From: Andalucia godoyi And28
Taxonomy: Eukaryota; Protista; Jakobida
Direction of reading: 5' to 3'
Assembly: GCA_009859145.1 (NCBI GenBank)
Contig: VRVR01000041.1
Span: 1-64,000, forward strand
Length of the DNA stretch: 64,000 nt
Positions 42,463-52,165 of the stretch are shown piece by piece. The translations under genes and the position numbers were made by a program. Within the stretch, counting starts at the first letter, position 1. Every line of letters starts with the position of its first letter. The notes under the pieces are model-generated. The model was given only the letters and a program-made list of their open reading frames with translations. It was not told where the DNA came from and made no database searches.

Positions 42463-44331
42463 ATGGGTGCGGATCAGGAGAATGCTGTGCGGTCTGCGTT
42501 GACGCACAATCTTGACTTGTTTGTCGTTGGAAATTGCAGCATTGCAGCGCTGATTGACAAGAATGCGCGGATTCCGTGGATGTGTCTTCCGCGGTTTGAC
42601 GGCGATCCAGTGTTCTGCGACTTGGTGAACCACCCGAAGGACCCTGCTGAGCTTGATGCGTACATGGCGAACCCGAAAGGAGGGTTCTGGGATATCCTTC
42701 TGGAGGACTTCAGTTACTCCGAGCAGAGCTATGAACCGAACTCTGCGATTGTGTCGACTTTCTTGTACGATCGGTTTGGGGGTTGTGTGGAGGTCGTCGA
42801 TTTCTGTCCGCGGTTTGAGCTGCACGGTCGCACGTTTCGACCAGTGATGCTCATCAGACGGATTTTCCGGAAGGCAGGCCAGCCGCGGATTACAGTGCGA
42901 CTGCGCCCATTGTCCAACTGGGGAGCGATCGTTCCGGATATGTCGCATCGTGGATCCAACCATGTGCGCTTTTCTGTGTCTGACTATCCAGCTCGCGTGA
43001 CAACGGATGTTTCCATCTCGTACATTCTTGAAGAACGACCGTTCTTGATCGAGTCACAATGCAACTTCATCCTTGGTCCTGATGAGACCCTTTCAGAAAG
43101 CGTGGCTTCCATCTGCGCAGAATTCCAGAGAAACACCGCTCTGTACTGGAAGTCCTTTGTCCGCTCTCTGTCCATTCCATTCGAATACCAGGGAGCCGTC
43201 ATCCGTGCCGCCATCACGCTCAAACTGTGCTGCTGGGAAGAATCGGGTGCAATCGTTGCTGCATTGACGACTTCCATCCCCGAGCACGACAACTGCGAGA
43301 GGTGCTGGAACTACTTGTTCAACTGGCTGCGAGACTCATACTACACGGTGTCTTGCCTGAATCTGCTGGGCGAAACATCCACTCTGGAAGCGCAACTGTC
43401 GTACATTCTGAATATTGTAGCCGATTACAAGGAGAATGTTGCGGGTCTGCAGCCATTGTTTGGACTCACTCGGCAGACCGAATTGACAGAGTCGACCGTG
43501 GAGTCGCTTGCTGGGTATCGTGGAAACCCTCCTGTCCGAAAGGGGAATGGTGCGTATGTGCAGAAGCAGAATGATTCCTATGGCTCTGTGATTGCTGCCG
43601 TGTCTCAGCTGTTCTATGACGAGCGCCTTGCCGTGCCTGTGGACACCAAGAAACGAGTCTTTGAATCGCTTGAGAAGCTAGGCCGAGTCGCTGTGGATGT
43701 TTACGACAAGCCCGACGCTGGGCTTTGGGAGCTCCGCGGAACGCAGCGCGTGCATACGTACTCTGCTGTCATGTGCTGGGTTGCATGCGACAGGCTTGCC
43801 AAGATCTCGGAAAAGCTCCAGATGCCTGAGAAGCACCGAGAGTGGAAAAACGCCGCAGACTGCATCCATGATTTTGTGTGGAATGCAATGTGGAATTCTG
43901 AATTGAATGCATTTGTGGACTGTGCTGGAGGAAACTCGTTTGATGCAGCCGTGCTCAAGATGGCGGATGTTGGCTTCATCGAGCCGATGCATCCGCGGTT
44001 CTTGGGAACCCTGGATGCGATCGAAAAGAATCTGCGACGCGGAAACCACATGTACCGTTACATTATCCAGGACGACTTTGGCACACCGAAGACTGCGTTC
44101 TTGGCATGCGACTTTTTCTTGGTCATGGCTCTTGCACAGGTCGGCAGACAGGAGGAGGCGCGAGCCATCTTTGAGGATATCCTAAAGTGCAGGACTCGAT
44201 CCGGTCTCCTCTCCGAAGACCTCGATTTCGAGACCAAGGAGCTCTGGGGCAACTTCCCGCAGACCTATTCCATGGTCGGTATTATCATGTGTGCCCACCT
44301 TCTGTCAAAGCCCTGGACCAATGCCTGCTAG
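42463..44331 (+). CDS. Bacterial-type glycoside hydrolase family 15 (trehalase/glucoamylase-like)
   Basis: VGNCSIAALID...WMCLPRFDGDPVF N-terminal domain, WLRD, QNDSYGS, GLWELRG, LLSED and WGNFPQTYSMVG. First ATG at 42463; intronless. Confidence 0.92.
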   Translation: MGADQENAVRSALTHNLDLFVVGNCSIAALIDKNARIPWMCLPRFDGDPVFCDLVNHPKDPAELDAYMANPKGGFWDILLEDFSYSEQSYEPNSAIVSTFLYDRFGGCVEVVDFCPRFELHGRTFRPVMLIRRIFRKAGQPRITVRLRPLSNWGAIVPDMSHRGSNHVRFSVSDYPARVTTDVSISYILEERPFLIESQCNFILGPDETLSESVASICAEFQRNTALYWKSFVRSLSIPFEYQGAVIRAAITLKLCCWEESGAIVAALTTSIPEHDNCERCWNYLFNWLRDSYYTVSCLNLLGETSTLEAQLSYILNIVADYKENVAGLQPLFGLTRQTELTESTVESLAGYRGNPPVRKGNGAYVQKQNDSYGSVIAAVSQLFYDERLAVPVDTKKRVFESLEKLGRVAVDVYDKPDAGLWELRGTQRVHTYSAVMCWVACDRLAKISEKLQMPEKHREWKNAADCIHDFVWNAMWNSELNAFVDCAGGNSFDAAVLKMADVGFIEPMHPRFLGTLDAIEKNLRRGNHMYRYIIQDDFGTPKTAFLACDFFLVMALAQVGRQEEARAIFEDILKCRTRSGLLSEDLDFETKELWGNFPQTYSMVGIIMCAHLLSKPWTNAC

Positions 44332-44476
44332 TCCCTTCTGTCTTTGCCGTTCCACCCTTCCGGCCACCGTTCCGTTGTCGTGCGTCGTCATCTTTGTTCT
44401 GTAAAAAACCATTTCCAAAACCTGCTGTAGGCGGCTCCATCTGGTCCCATCGCTTGCGTTAATTGTACTCGAAGCA

Positions 44477-44698
44477 TCATTGCCTCATTGCAGACCGTCC
44501 ATATATGTATATGCCGTCTTGCATTGGAACCGAAAAATGTGAATCCAATTTCAGAAGGGGGGTGTAGGCTCCCCAGCACTCCGAAGCGCTCTCCCAATAG
44601 ATGTTGAGCGCACCATTTCCAGTCTCCTCCATCCAGAACGGGCATCGGAATGACGATGGACTGCCATGAATGAAAAAAGTCGAGCAAAATAATACCAT
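44477..44698 (-). pseudogene. Diverged copy D of the repeat left arm; decayed RING-like ORF
   Basis: About 44500-44640 aligns with the left arms of B and C (TCTTGCAT, GAAGGGG, CCCCA.CAC, GCGCTCT, ATAGATGTT). The minus frame reads VLFCSTF...RCPFWMEETGNGALNIYWESASECWG versus EIGNGARNIYLKSA in B and C. Confidence 0.6.
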
Positions 44699-44918
44699 CT
44701 GAAATGTCTGGATGAGTGGGGTAAAGTAGAGTTGGTTAAAAGGACCTTATGCGTGCTCTACGGTGGAAATTAAACGTTGCTTATGAATGCTGCTGTCAAA
44801 GATCGTTTTTCTTTTGTTTTTGCTTTTGTTTTCTTGTTTTTGTTTTTTGTTTTGTCTGATTGTAGTTTTTTCCTTCTGTTTGTTATTATCATTTGAGTTT
44901 TTGGGTTATTGTGCAAGC

Positions 44919-47031
44919 ATGGCGTCGGCGCCCAAGAGCAGTGCGAATGTGCCTTTGCACGAGGCAGTTGTGGACTGGTTGTCTCGTATGAAGTATAATC
45001 CTCGTGGTCCGTACATAGGAACGCGACCGCCTTCTGCAGTGGAAATCCGCGATATTTGCAGAGGAAACATGATTCCGATCCTTCAGTTCCTTACGTCGCA
45101 CATCAAACCCAAAGAGTATGTCTCCTTCTTGCTTCTACGTGGCTGTGTGGGACGTGCGCATGTGTGTACATATGGTGTTGGATGATTTACTTATGCATGG
45201 AATGCGGTCGTTTTAAGAGATGCGCTGCTGATTCGAGCGAATGTCTATGCGTATGTTCCTCTTAATATTACTACTACTCTTTTTACGATGATGATGATTG
45301 TGGTGGTGGTGGTGGTGGTGCTTACAGATATATGATTGGTGTTTGTGTGCGTGTGCGTGTGCGTGTAGGAATCGACAGGTGTCGCTTGGCGAGGCGACGA
45401 ATGAGAATGAGAGTGCGATTGCGGATGTCCGTGATCGGTGCGCGCGGATTGAGGCCGAGATGGCGACGCTCCGGTTGGAACTGGTGAATGTGTCGCGGCT
45501 TGTGCGGAAAGAAGAGGACAAGGTTGAGATTCTGACGAAATCGATTGCGGAAATTGCGACACTTGTTAAGGCGGAGGAGTTGCGGTTTCAGTATTTGTGC
45601 GAGTTTGAGACTCGATTAAAGTCGACAGAGGACCGGATGGCTGTGAACAGTGTTGACGGACGGAAGAGGTCCGGGAGCAAGGTCCTTGCACCCGACGGCA
45701 CGTTGGAGTCCGTTGCGGAGCGCGCGATGAAGAGATGCATTGAGGACGAGTCGCAGCGCGCCGTTGTTCCACTGGTTTTGGATCCCAGTCGCGAAGTGGA
45801 GCATGTGTTCCGAGAGCTCTCTGAGTCGCGAGAAGCTCTTTTTTTGCGGTTTTCAGAAAGCGTATCGAGCAACAAGCTGACATTTGGCGAAGTCTTGGAT
45901 GCCTACAAGAGCATTTCAAGCGCCGTGGATCGAAAGCTGGATGAAGACTGGAACCGAGGGGATCTTACTGTGGACAACGGGGTCATTGGGGCTGTAGGGG
46001 ACATTGGAGCACCCGGGGCTGTGGAGAGCGTGGACGATGCACTGCGCACGGAAGGGATTGATGATCTGTTGCATGATCAGCGAAATGACCATTTTAAGAG
46101 ATTCATCGCGAACGAGCAACTGCGAACCAGTGCCAAAAATAAGTCTGTGGTAGACCCAGCGCAAGTGGAAGCAATCGTTCGCTCCACCGTGGAAGATGAA
46201 CTTGCTGCGCTCGAAACAGAGTGTCTGGCCCTCGAGGCTATGCGACAGAACATCGAAAAAGAAAGGGCAAAAATCGACGAGACAGAAACGTACAGAGTAA
46301 CCCTGCTGGATCGGTTCCAAATGCTCGTCTCGAAGAACGCCCAGTTGGCGACTCGGTTGGTTCCGTTGGTGCAGGAAAACTTGGCGTATCTCGAAGGCGC
46401 AATCCCGCTGGACCTGATGAAGACCGTGGATCACGCTCTCGCGACGTTGGAGTCCGGGACAAGCGCATTGGTGGATGGAACAGCACAACAGAGAGCCCGA
46501 CTTGCAGCAGATGCAGACGCGCTGTATGCCGTTCGCTCGGGAAGCTCCATGACTGTCTCTTCTTCTTCTTCTTCTTCTTCTTCTTCTTCCTGTGCCAGCG
46601 CAGCGGAGCTGCACGAACGCATTTCGCAGTTCTTGGGTCCTGCGTGCGATCTAGCGGAATCGGAGGTTTTGGCTCGTGTTAGCCGAATGCGTCAAGAATG
46701 GGCCGCGTTCTCCCTGCAAATGCAGAGCACCCAAGATGCGCTGGCGCGGACGGAGGATTCCATTGACTTTGGTGCCGGAGAGCGGCATGAAGCCCAGGTT
46801 GGAGATGTACAGAGAGATTTGGAGTCCAGTTTATTGGAGATTCTGGAGGAGACGGTGTCGCGACTGAGTGCTGCCGCAGATCAAAGTAGCCTCATGGACG
46901 AGATTCGGACGGAGAGAGAATGTCTGCAGGCCCAAAATGCGGTTCCTTGGAAATCCGTGGATGGGCTTGATGTCCAAGCCTGGAAACGCGAGATCAAGTC
47001 TCTGTTGGTACAACTCGACCAGAAAAGCTAA
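44919..47031 (+). CDS. HAUS5: Augmin subunit 5 (HAUS5/AUG5)-like; exons 44919-45115, 45218-45250, 45369-47031
   Basis: DWLSRMKYNPRGPY...IRDICRGNMIPILQFLTSHIKPKEDALLIRANV resembles the plant AUG5 N-terminus (..ICRGNMIPIW..). Two phase-2 GTATGT...AG introns restore a single frame into the long coiled-coil ORF. Confidence 0.8.
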
Positions 47032-47175
47032 TGATGTTGAAGAAGAAAGAAAAAGAGAAGGAGAAAAAAATAATAAATACTTTGCTTCCAATAGCAGTGT
47101 TCGTGTTTTTGTTTTTGTTTTTCCTTCCACCCATCTTCCTCTCCTTCTTCTCCATGCTACTGTCATGGCGGTTGA

Positions 47176-49557
47176 TTAGAGACGCACAAAATTCTGAAGA
47201 ACGTTGTTCACGTATGACAAGTCCGAGGTCGCCTGCTCCCGAGTTTGACGGATCAGTGTTGCCATAAGAGCCGAGACTTGCAGCATTGCCATCAGCTCCT
47301 GCTGCCGCCACGGGTCCCGCGCGATCATCTGCCGAGCTGTTGGAACAATTTGCGTTTCGAATTTGTCGACAAAGGATGACACCGACTGGCGAACGCACAT
47401 GTCGCGCAACCAGTCTGCTGGGATGTGTCGAACGAGAGCCCTCGGGTCGCAGTAAAGAATCCAGTCTTCGCGAAACAATCCTCCGTGGCCACAACGAGCG
47501 AGAAGAGGATCTACTTCATCAACGTAAAACGTGATGTTGTCCAAGTACCTGGAGACGCAACGTCCGCAAAGGTACACATAGTCTACCGTTTGCACATCCG
47601 CCAATTCAGAAAACCCAGCACAGGAGTCGTGGAACCAGTCCTCGCAGCCATCGCACTGGATCATGTCCTCCGTTAATGTCATCCAGCGAACGAGACGATC
47701 ACAAATGCAAAATCGTGACGAGTAGTTGTGATTGTTCCGGCTCTCTGCTGCAGGGGAATCTCGCTTGTTAAGAAGCAGCGCACACGACGGACCATGGGGA
47801 AAGCAAGCGCTGTCGCCACAGTCACACAGCACGTTTCTTCGGATTCCAATGTTCTCAACATCGTGACCTGCATGACAGCGAGACACACACGATTCGCAGA
47901 TCAGAGCAGGAAGCCCAGACGCCAAACACGTTATGCAGACAAACGCCACTTGGGACGCCGAACCAGCAGCGCTGGAACAGACATTGGGAGGCAGTGTTAT
48001 GGACATGCGGGATGCTGCACCAGACCGAGAGTGCGACAAGGACCCGTCGCCCGTGGTATTGGTCCTCGACGTCGGTGACGAAACCGAATCGGACATTGCT
48101 TCGGATTCTGAAGCCGAAGCTGACGCGGAGGACATGCTTACCCCGCCCTCGATCGGATGCCCAGGACAGTGAGCTGCAGATCCGGGTCCGGAAGGACCTC
48201 TGCGTAACGGGAACATTTCCAAAGGACCAAAGGACACGTGATAGCGCTCGAGATTGGCAAGCTCCGGAAGGTACGACTCAAAAGCTGCCGGAATTTGCAG
48301 CTGATATGGTCTTGTGAAAGACTCAATCCCTGGGGCGCCTTCTTCAACTACTTGAAGACCATTTAGGGTTGTAAAGCAAATTCGAGGTGGGTAATCGATT
48401 CCCGGGGCCGAAGACACGCTGATGATTCCTTCTGGGAACGACTGGCCGTCCGGAAACCTTGTTGAGCAGTCCCAGCGCGCAACCAGTTCAAATGGGTCCA
48501 ATTTTGAGGTGGAAAAAGCGCACAGCGACCCCACGGTTCCGACCAAAACATGTGATCCATCCGGCAGGAAATCAAGGCCGGAGATGCCTGTGTGTGACGA
48601 TGAAACGGCCGCAATGTTCCAGTCCAAAGACACCACCGAGGCAAACGCATCTTCCTCGGACACAACGCGAGCCGAGCTGCGAAATGCAGGATCCGCAGCA
48701 GCAGCTGTCGTTGCTCCTGCTTGCAGCATGGCCTGGACATCATGAATGCAAGCTACGCAGCTCGACTGACTGACGCATACAAGCTGCGTTTGCACCGCAG
48801 GATTGAATCGCGTGTGCAAAACATAGTCTTGATCCCCTGCGAGGGCAAATGATGCTAGAAACGATGCAGAATTCGGCATCCGAACGTCCATCAAAAAGCA
48901 AGACCCATCACGTCTGCCGCATGCAATGAGCCCACAAGGGCTCACATCGACTGCAGAAAGGCAGATTTTCCCAGGTGTTGCGATCCGAATGGCGTCCGTC
49001 CGAAGATCTCGTAAATCACGGAAGCACACGGCATCTCCGCTTCCAAACGCAACCACATGCGGATTTCCATTCAGGAAGGACATGTGAGAAGCTCCGCCCG
49101 TGATGACGTGGCTGGCAGAAATCAGCTGCAACGACGACGCATCCAACGACGCAATGCCGTCTGCATCATCCAACACAATCAGATGCGACCCGTCTTGAGT
49201 CCACGTCATCGCCGATGGCCTTCGCACAGGGAATGCATTCCCGTGCAAGGAATACGAGTACCGGAGGGAAGGGATCGTGTGGTCCACCGACGACGGTCGG
49301 GAAATATCAAATATCGACAAAAACGGACCTGCTGTAAAGCTCGTCACAGCCATCAACTCCGCCTGAAAAGGATGGAATTGTCCGATGCAAGCCGGATATC
49401 GGAGATCCAAAACATGTTGTCTGTACAGAGTTGGTTGGAAACGCGGTGCTGCTGCTGCTGATGCTGCTGCCGATGATGGTAATGGCGATGATGATGGTGA
49501 TGATAAAGACGAAGACGAGACAGAGCTCATTGCATGTTCACGAACAGCCGGAAACAT
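47176..49557 (-). CDS. WD40 + UBR-box zinc finger + PHD-like (UBR7-type module) protein
   Basis: N-terminal WD-like repeats (SAVDVSPCGLIACGRRDGSCFLMD). UBR box CITC...ICESCVSRCHAGHD...LCDCG. NHNYSSRFCIC...MIQCDGCEDWFHDSC...YLCGRC. Start at 49557 or 49530. Confidence 0.85.
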   Translation of the reverse strand: MFPAVREHAMSSVSSSSLSSPSSSPLPSSAAASAAAAPRFQPTLYRQHVLDLRYPACIGQFHPFQAELMAVTSFTAGPFLSIFDISRPSSVDHTIPSLRYSYSLHGNAFPVRRPSAMTWTQDGSHLIVLDDADGIASLDASSLQLISASHVITGGASHMSFLNGNPHVVAFGSGDAVCFRDLRDLRTDAIRIATPGKICLSAVDVSPCGLIACGRRDGSCFLMDVRMPNSASFLASFALAGDQDYVLHTRFNPAVQTQLVCVSQSSCVACIHDVQAMLQAGATTAAAADPAFRSSARVVSEEDAFASVVSLDWNIAAVSSSHTGISGLDFLPDGSHVLVGTVGSLCAFSTSKLDPFELVARWDCSTRFPDGQSFPEGIISVSSAPGIDYPPRICFTTLNGLQVVEEGAPGIESFTRPYQLQIPAAFESYLPELANLERYHVSFGPLEMFPLRRGPSGPGSAAHCPGHPIEGGVSMSSASASASESEAMSDSVSSPTSRTNTTGDGSLSHSRSGAASRMSITLPPNVCSSAAGSASQVAFVCITCLASGLPALICESCVSRCHAGHDVENIGIRRNVLCDCGDSACFPHGPSCALLLNKRDSPAAESRNNHNYSSRFCICDRLVRWMTLTEDMIQCDGCEDWFHDSCAGFSELADVQTVDYVYLCGRCVSRYLDNITFYVDEVDPLLARCGHGGLFREDWILYCDPRALVRHIPADWLRDMCVRQSVSSFVDKFETQIVPTARQMIARDPWRQQELMAMLQVSALMATLIRQTREQATSDLSYVNNVLQNFVRL

Positions 49558-49968
49558 TTCCTATGCATGAGAATCATATTCTGCACAAATTACAAATACA
49601 AAAACAGACGGAAACATCGGAAACGGAACAGGGAAACGCGCGGGCAATTTTGAAGACTTTGGGAGGGAAAAGACTCAAGTGGGGGAGCATTGGATTTTGG
49701 AGAAAGTCGTGTCTCCAAAATTGGGTCCAACTGTTTTGAATTTCAACGTCGTTATTTCCTTCATCCATTTATCTTTTAACTTTCATCTTTTTATCTTTTA
49801 TCTTTCATTCTCGTCTCCTTTTTAACCCACTTGTTTTTCGCTGAGGCTTGCTATGACTTTCTGCTTCCACCATCTTTGAATCTCACCCAGGATCACAGAG
49901 CACTGTTATTCCCGCCCGCGCTCTGCAAAAGGAAACACAGCGGAGCGAGATCTACGCCGCGAGAGAAA

Positions 49969-51984
49969 ATGAGCCTTCCTCCACGGAAACCTGCAGACTC
50001 TCCACTGCATGTGAATGCCCAACGTGCGATATCGTTCAAAGAGACTCCCCATGTTGCGCTGAAGCGAAATGCAGCAGAGAATTCTCAGATGTTGCCAGGA
50101 CCCATGCAAGCCGCGCACTCGCAGTCGCCATCGTTTTCGCAGCACGGACAGCTTGGAGGACCGGCAACGGCGAACAGTCGAGTGGCGGGTCTTCGAATGC
50201 GCATTGCGGAAGCGACCGCCGAAAGGGCACGTTTGGAGAATCTTGCAGAGATGAAGAAGGAGCAGAAAAAGGCACTCGATTCGGAGATTGAACAGATAGA
50301 ATTTCATATGCGAAACACAAAGGAGGTCTGGCAGCCGCTCAAGGCAGAGATGGGCATGGTGGACAAGTTCGTGACCAAGGAAGCCGAACGTCGCGAAGAC
50401 TTCGAGTCCATGATCGCGGAAGCACTCCAGCTGCAGACTCGTCAACGACGGTTCCGCGAATGGGCAGGCGCAGAGGCATCCGAGATGCCAAAGTTTGCAC
50501 AGTGGATCGGATCGAAATTCGAGGTGCTGAAAGACTCGCTGCGGGCTGCGCAGACTAAAATCTCAACAAGAGAGCGTGAAGCAGATCATCTGAAAGAGCT
50601 TATCCCGCAACTCGAAAAGCGCGCCGAAGAACTGAAGATTCGGCAGTACGATCTGGGGGAAACTACCACTTCGCTTGGAGAAGAAATTTCAATGATGAGC
50701 GAGACGATTGCAAACACGAAGAACTCGATCAATGACCTCAAAGCCGCAGAGATGCAGCAGGAAGCGCAAGTCCGAAATCAGCAGCATTTAGTGGATTTTT
50801 ACGCCCCAAAAATTGCAGCGCTCACCGACTTCCGAATTCAAGCAAGACTGCGCGTCCAGCAGCTGCAAGCGCTTTGCATGAAACCAGGATGTGGCAGTGA
50901 ACTGCATGCCGAGCTGAAAGCAGCACAAAACGAAATTGCATTGAAAACTCAGTTGTGCAGCATCAAAAAGCAAGAAAACGAACGGTTAGAGACCGAGATC
51001 AGCAATCTGGCAGAGCAGTGCGCGGAGCTCACAGGAAAATTAGAGGAACTCCAACGTGCCGAACGCGACGAGCTTCAAACGCAAGAAATGCTGCAATCGG
51101 AATTTCGGGAAAATCACCAAATCTTAAAGTCTCTGAATGCAACGATTCAGGAAACGGAAGAAAGCGTGGAGGAAGGAACTCAGCTCTTGGGCTATGGAAA
51201 GGAACAGTATGAACAAGTACGGCAATTGACTGCCAAGGAACGAGATGAAGTTGCTGCAATCACGGAGCGCATTCAGTCTCTCTTTGCAGACGCCGGCCGC
51301 ATCGTCGAAGCTGCACACGCAGAAATCGCAACGACGAAATCCACGCTAGAGTCTGAATTGGTGAATTTCAAGGAAAACATCAAGCAGCTCAAAGAAGAAA
51401 CGCGCAATCTTGAAAATGAAAACAAAAGGTCAGAAAGAGCGATGAATTCTGCAAAAGGCCAGGCGTCCAAGAATGGGCTGAAAGAGTCTCAGCAGGATCA
51501 GGAAAATGCAAATCTGAGGATCGCGATCCAGGGAGGCGAAGCACAGCTTGACCGCAGTCTTCGCACTACTGAAAAACTGAGAGAGATGAAGACTCGGCTT
51601 GAGGCGGCCGACGCATGCAGCCGGAAATGCACAGCAATCCTGGCCGAACTTGCGGTGACTCGCAACATTTCAGACCTCGCAAGAGTGTGTGCAAAACACG
51701 ACACGTTGCACGTCGTTTTTCAATTTGAAAAAGAAAACATCAGACCCAGACACCGTTTGATCGACGACCATGCGCCCAAAAAACAGGTTACATTTGCTCC
51801 CCAGATAGCTCATATCAGCATTCCGCGAGACCGTCCTGGAGACCCTTCTCGGGAAACTCCTCAGACTCGGCGGAATGCGAAGCAGCGAGAATCCCACGCC
51901 CAGTTGCCTCCGCAACCCCCTGCGCCTCGGCGGAAGCCCGCCAGTCGGTTTGCAGCACTTCCCATCGCTAAAACTGCAATGTAG
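49969..51984 (+). CDS. Long coiled-coil protein of unknown function
   Basis: ATG at 49969 (MSLPPRK...), extended E/K/Q-rich heptads and a basic Pro-rich tail. Confidence 0.8.
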   Translation: MSLPPRKPADSPLHVNAQRAISFKETPHVALKRNAAENSQMLPGPMQAAHSQSPSFSQHGQLGGPATANSRVAGLRMRIAEATAERARLENLAEMKKEQKKALDSEIEQIEFHMRNTKEVWQPLKAEMGMVDKFVTKEAERREDFESMIAEALQLQTRQRRFREWAGAEASEMPKFAQWIGSKFEVLKDSLRAAQTKISTREREADHLKELIPQLEKRAEELKIRQYDLGETTTSLGEEISMMSETIANTKNSINDLKAAEMQQEAQVRNQQHLVDFYAPKIAALTDFRIQARLRVQQLQALCMKPGCGSELHAELKAAQNEIALKTQLCSIKKQENERLETEISNLAEQCAELTGKLEELQRAERDELQTQEMLQSEFRENHQILKSLNATIQETEESVEEGTQLLGYGKEQYEQVRQLTAKERDEVAAITERIQSLFADAGRIVEAAHAEIATTKSTLESELVNFKENIKQLKEETRNLENENKRSERAMNSAKGQASKNGLKESQQDQENANLRIAIQGGEAQLDRSLRTTEKLREMKTRLEAADACSRKCTAILAELAVTRNISDLARVCAKHDTLHVVFQFEKENIRPRHRLIDDHAPKKQVTFAPQIAHISIPRDRPGDPSRETPQTRRNAKQRESHAQLPPQPPAPRRKPASRFAALPIAKTAM

Positions 51985-52085
51985 ACCGCAGTCCCATTTC
52001 CACTCCGTGTGTGCATCTCCACCGTCTCTCCCACTTTGTTTCCAATTCAAACAAGAAAAGAAGAAGAAAACACATCCATATAAAT

Positions 52086-52162
52086 AGAGAGAGAGACAGT
52101 GAGACAGTGAGACAGTGAGACAGTGAAAGACAGTGAAAGAAAGTGAAAGAAAGTGAAAGAAA
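52086..52162. repeat. Low-complexity tandem repeats (GA)n, (GAGACAGT)n and (GAAAGAAAGT)n in the convergent 3' gap
   Basis: Directly visible. Confidence 0.8.
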
Positions 52163-52165
52163 GAA

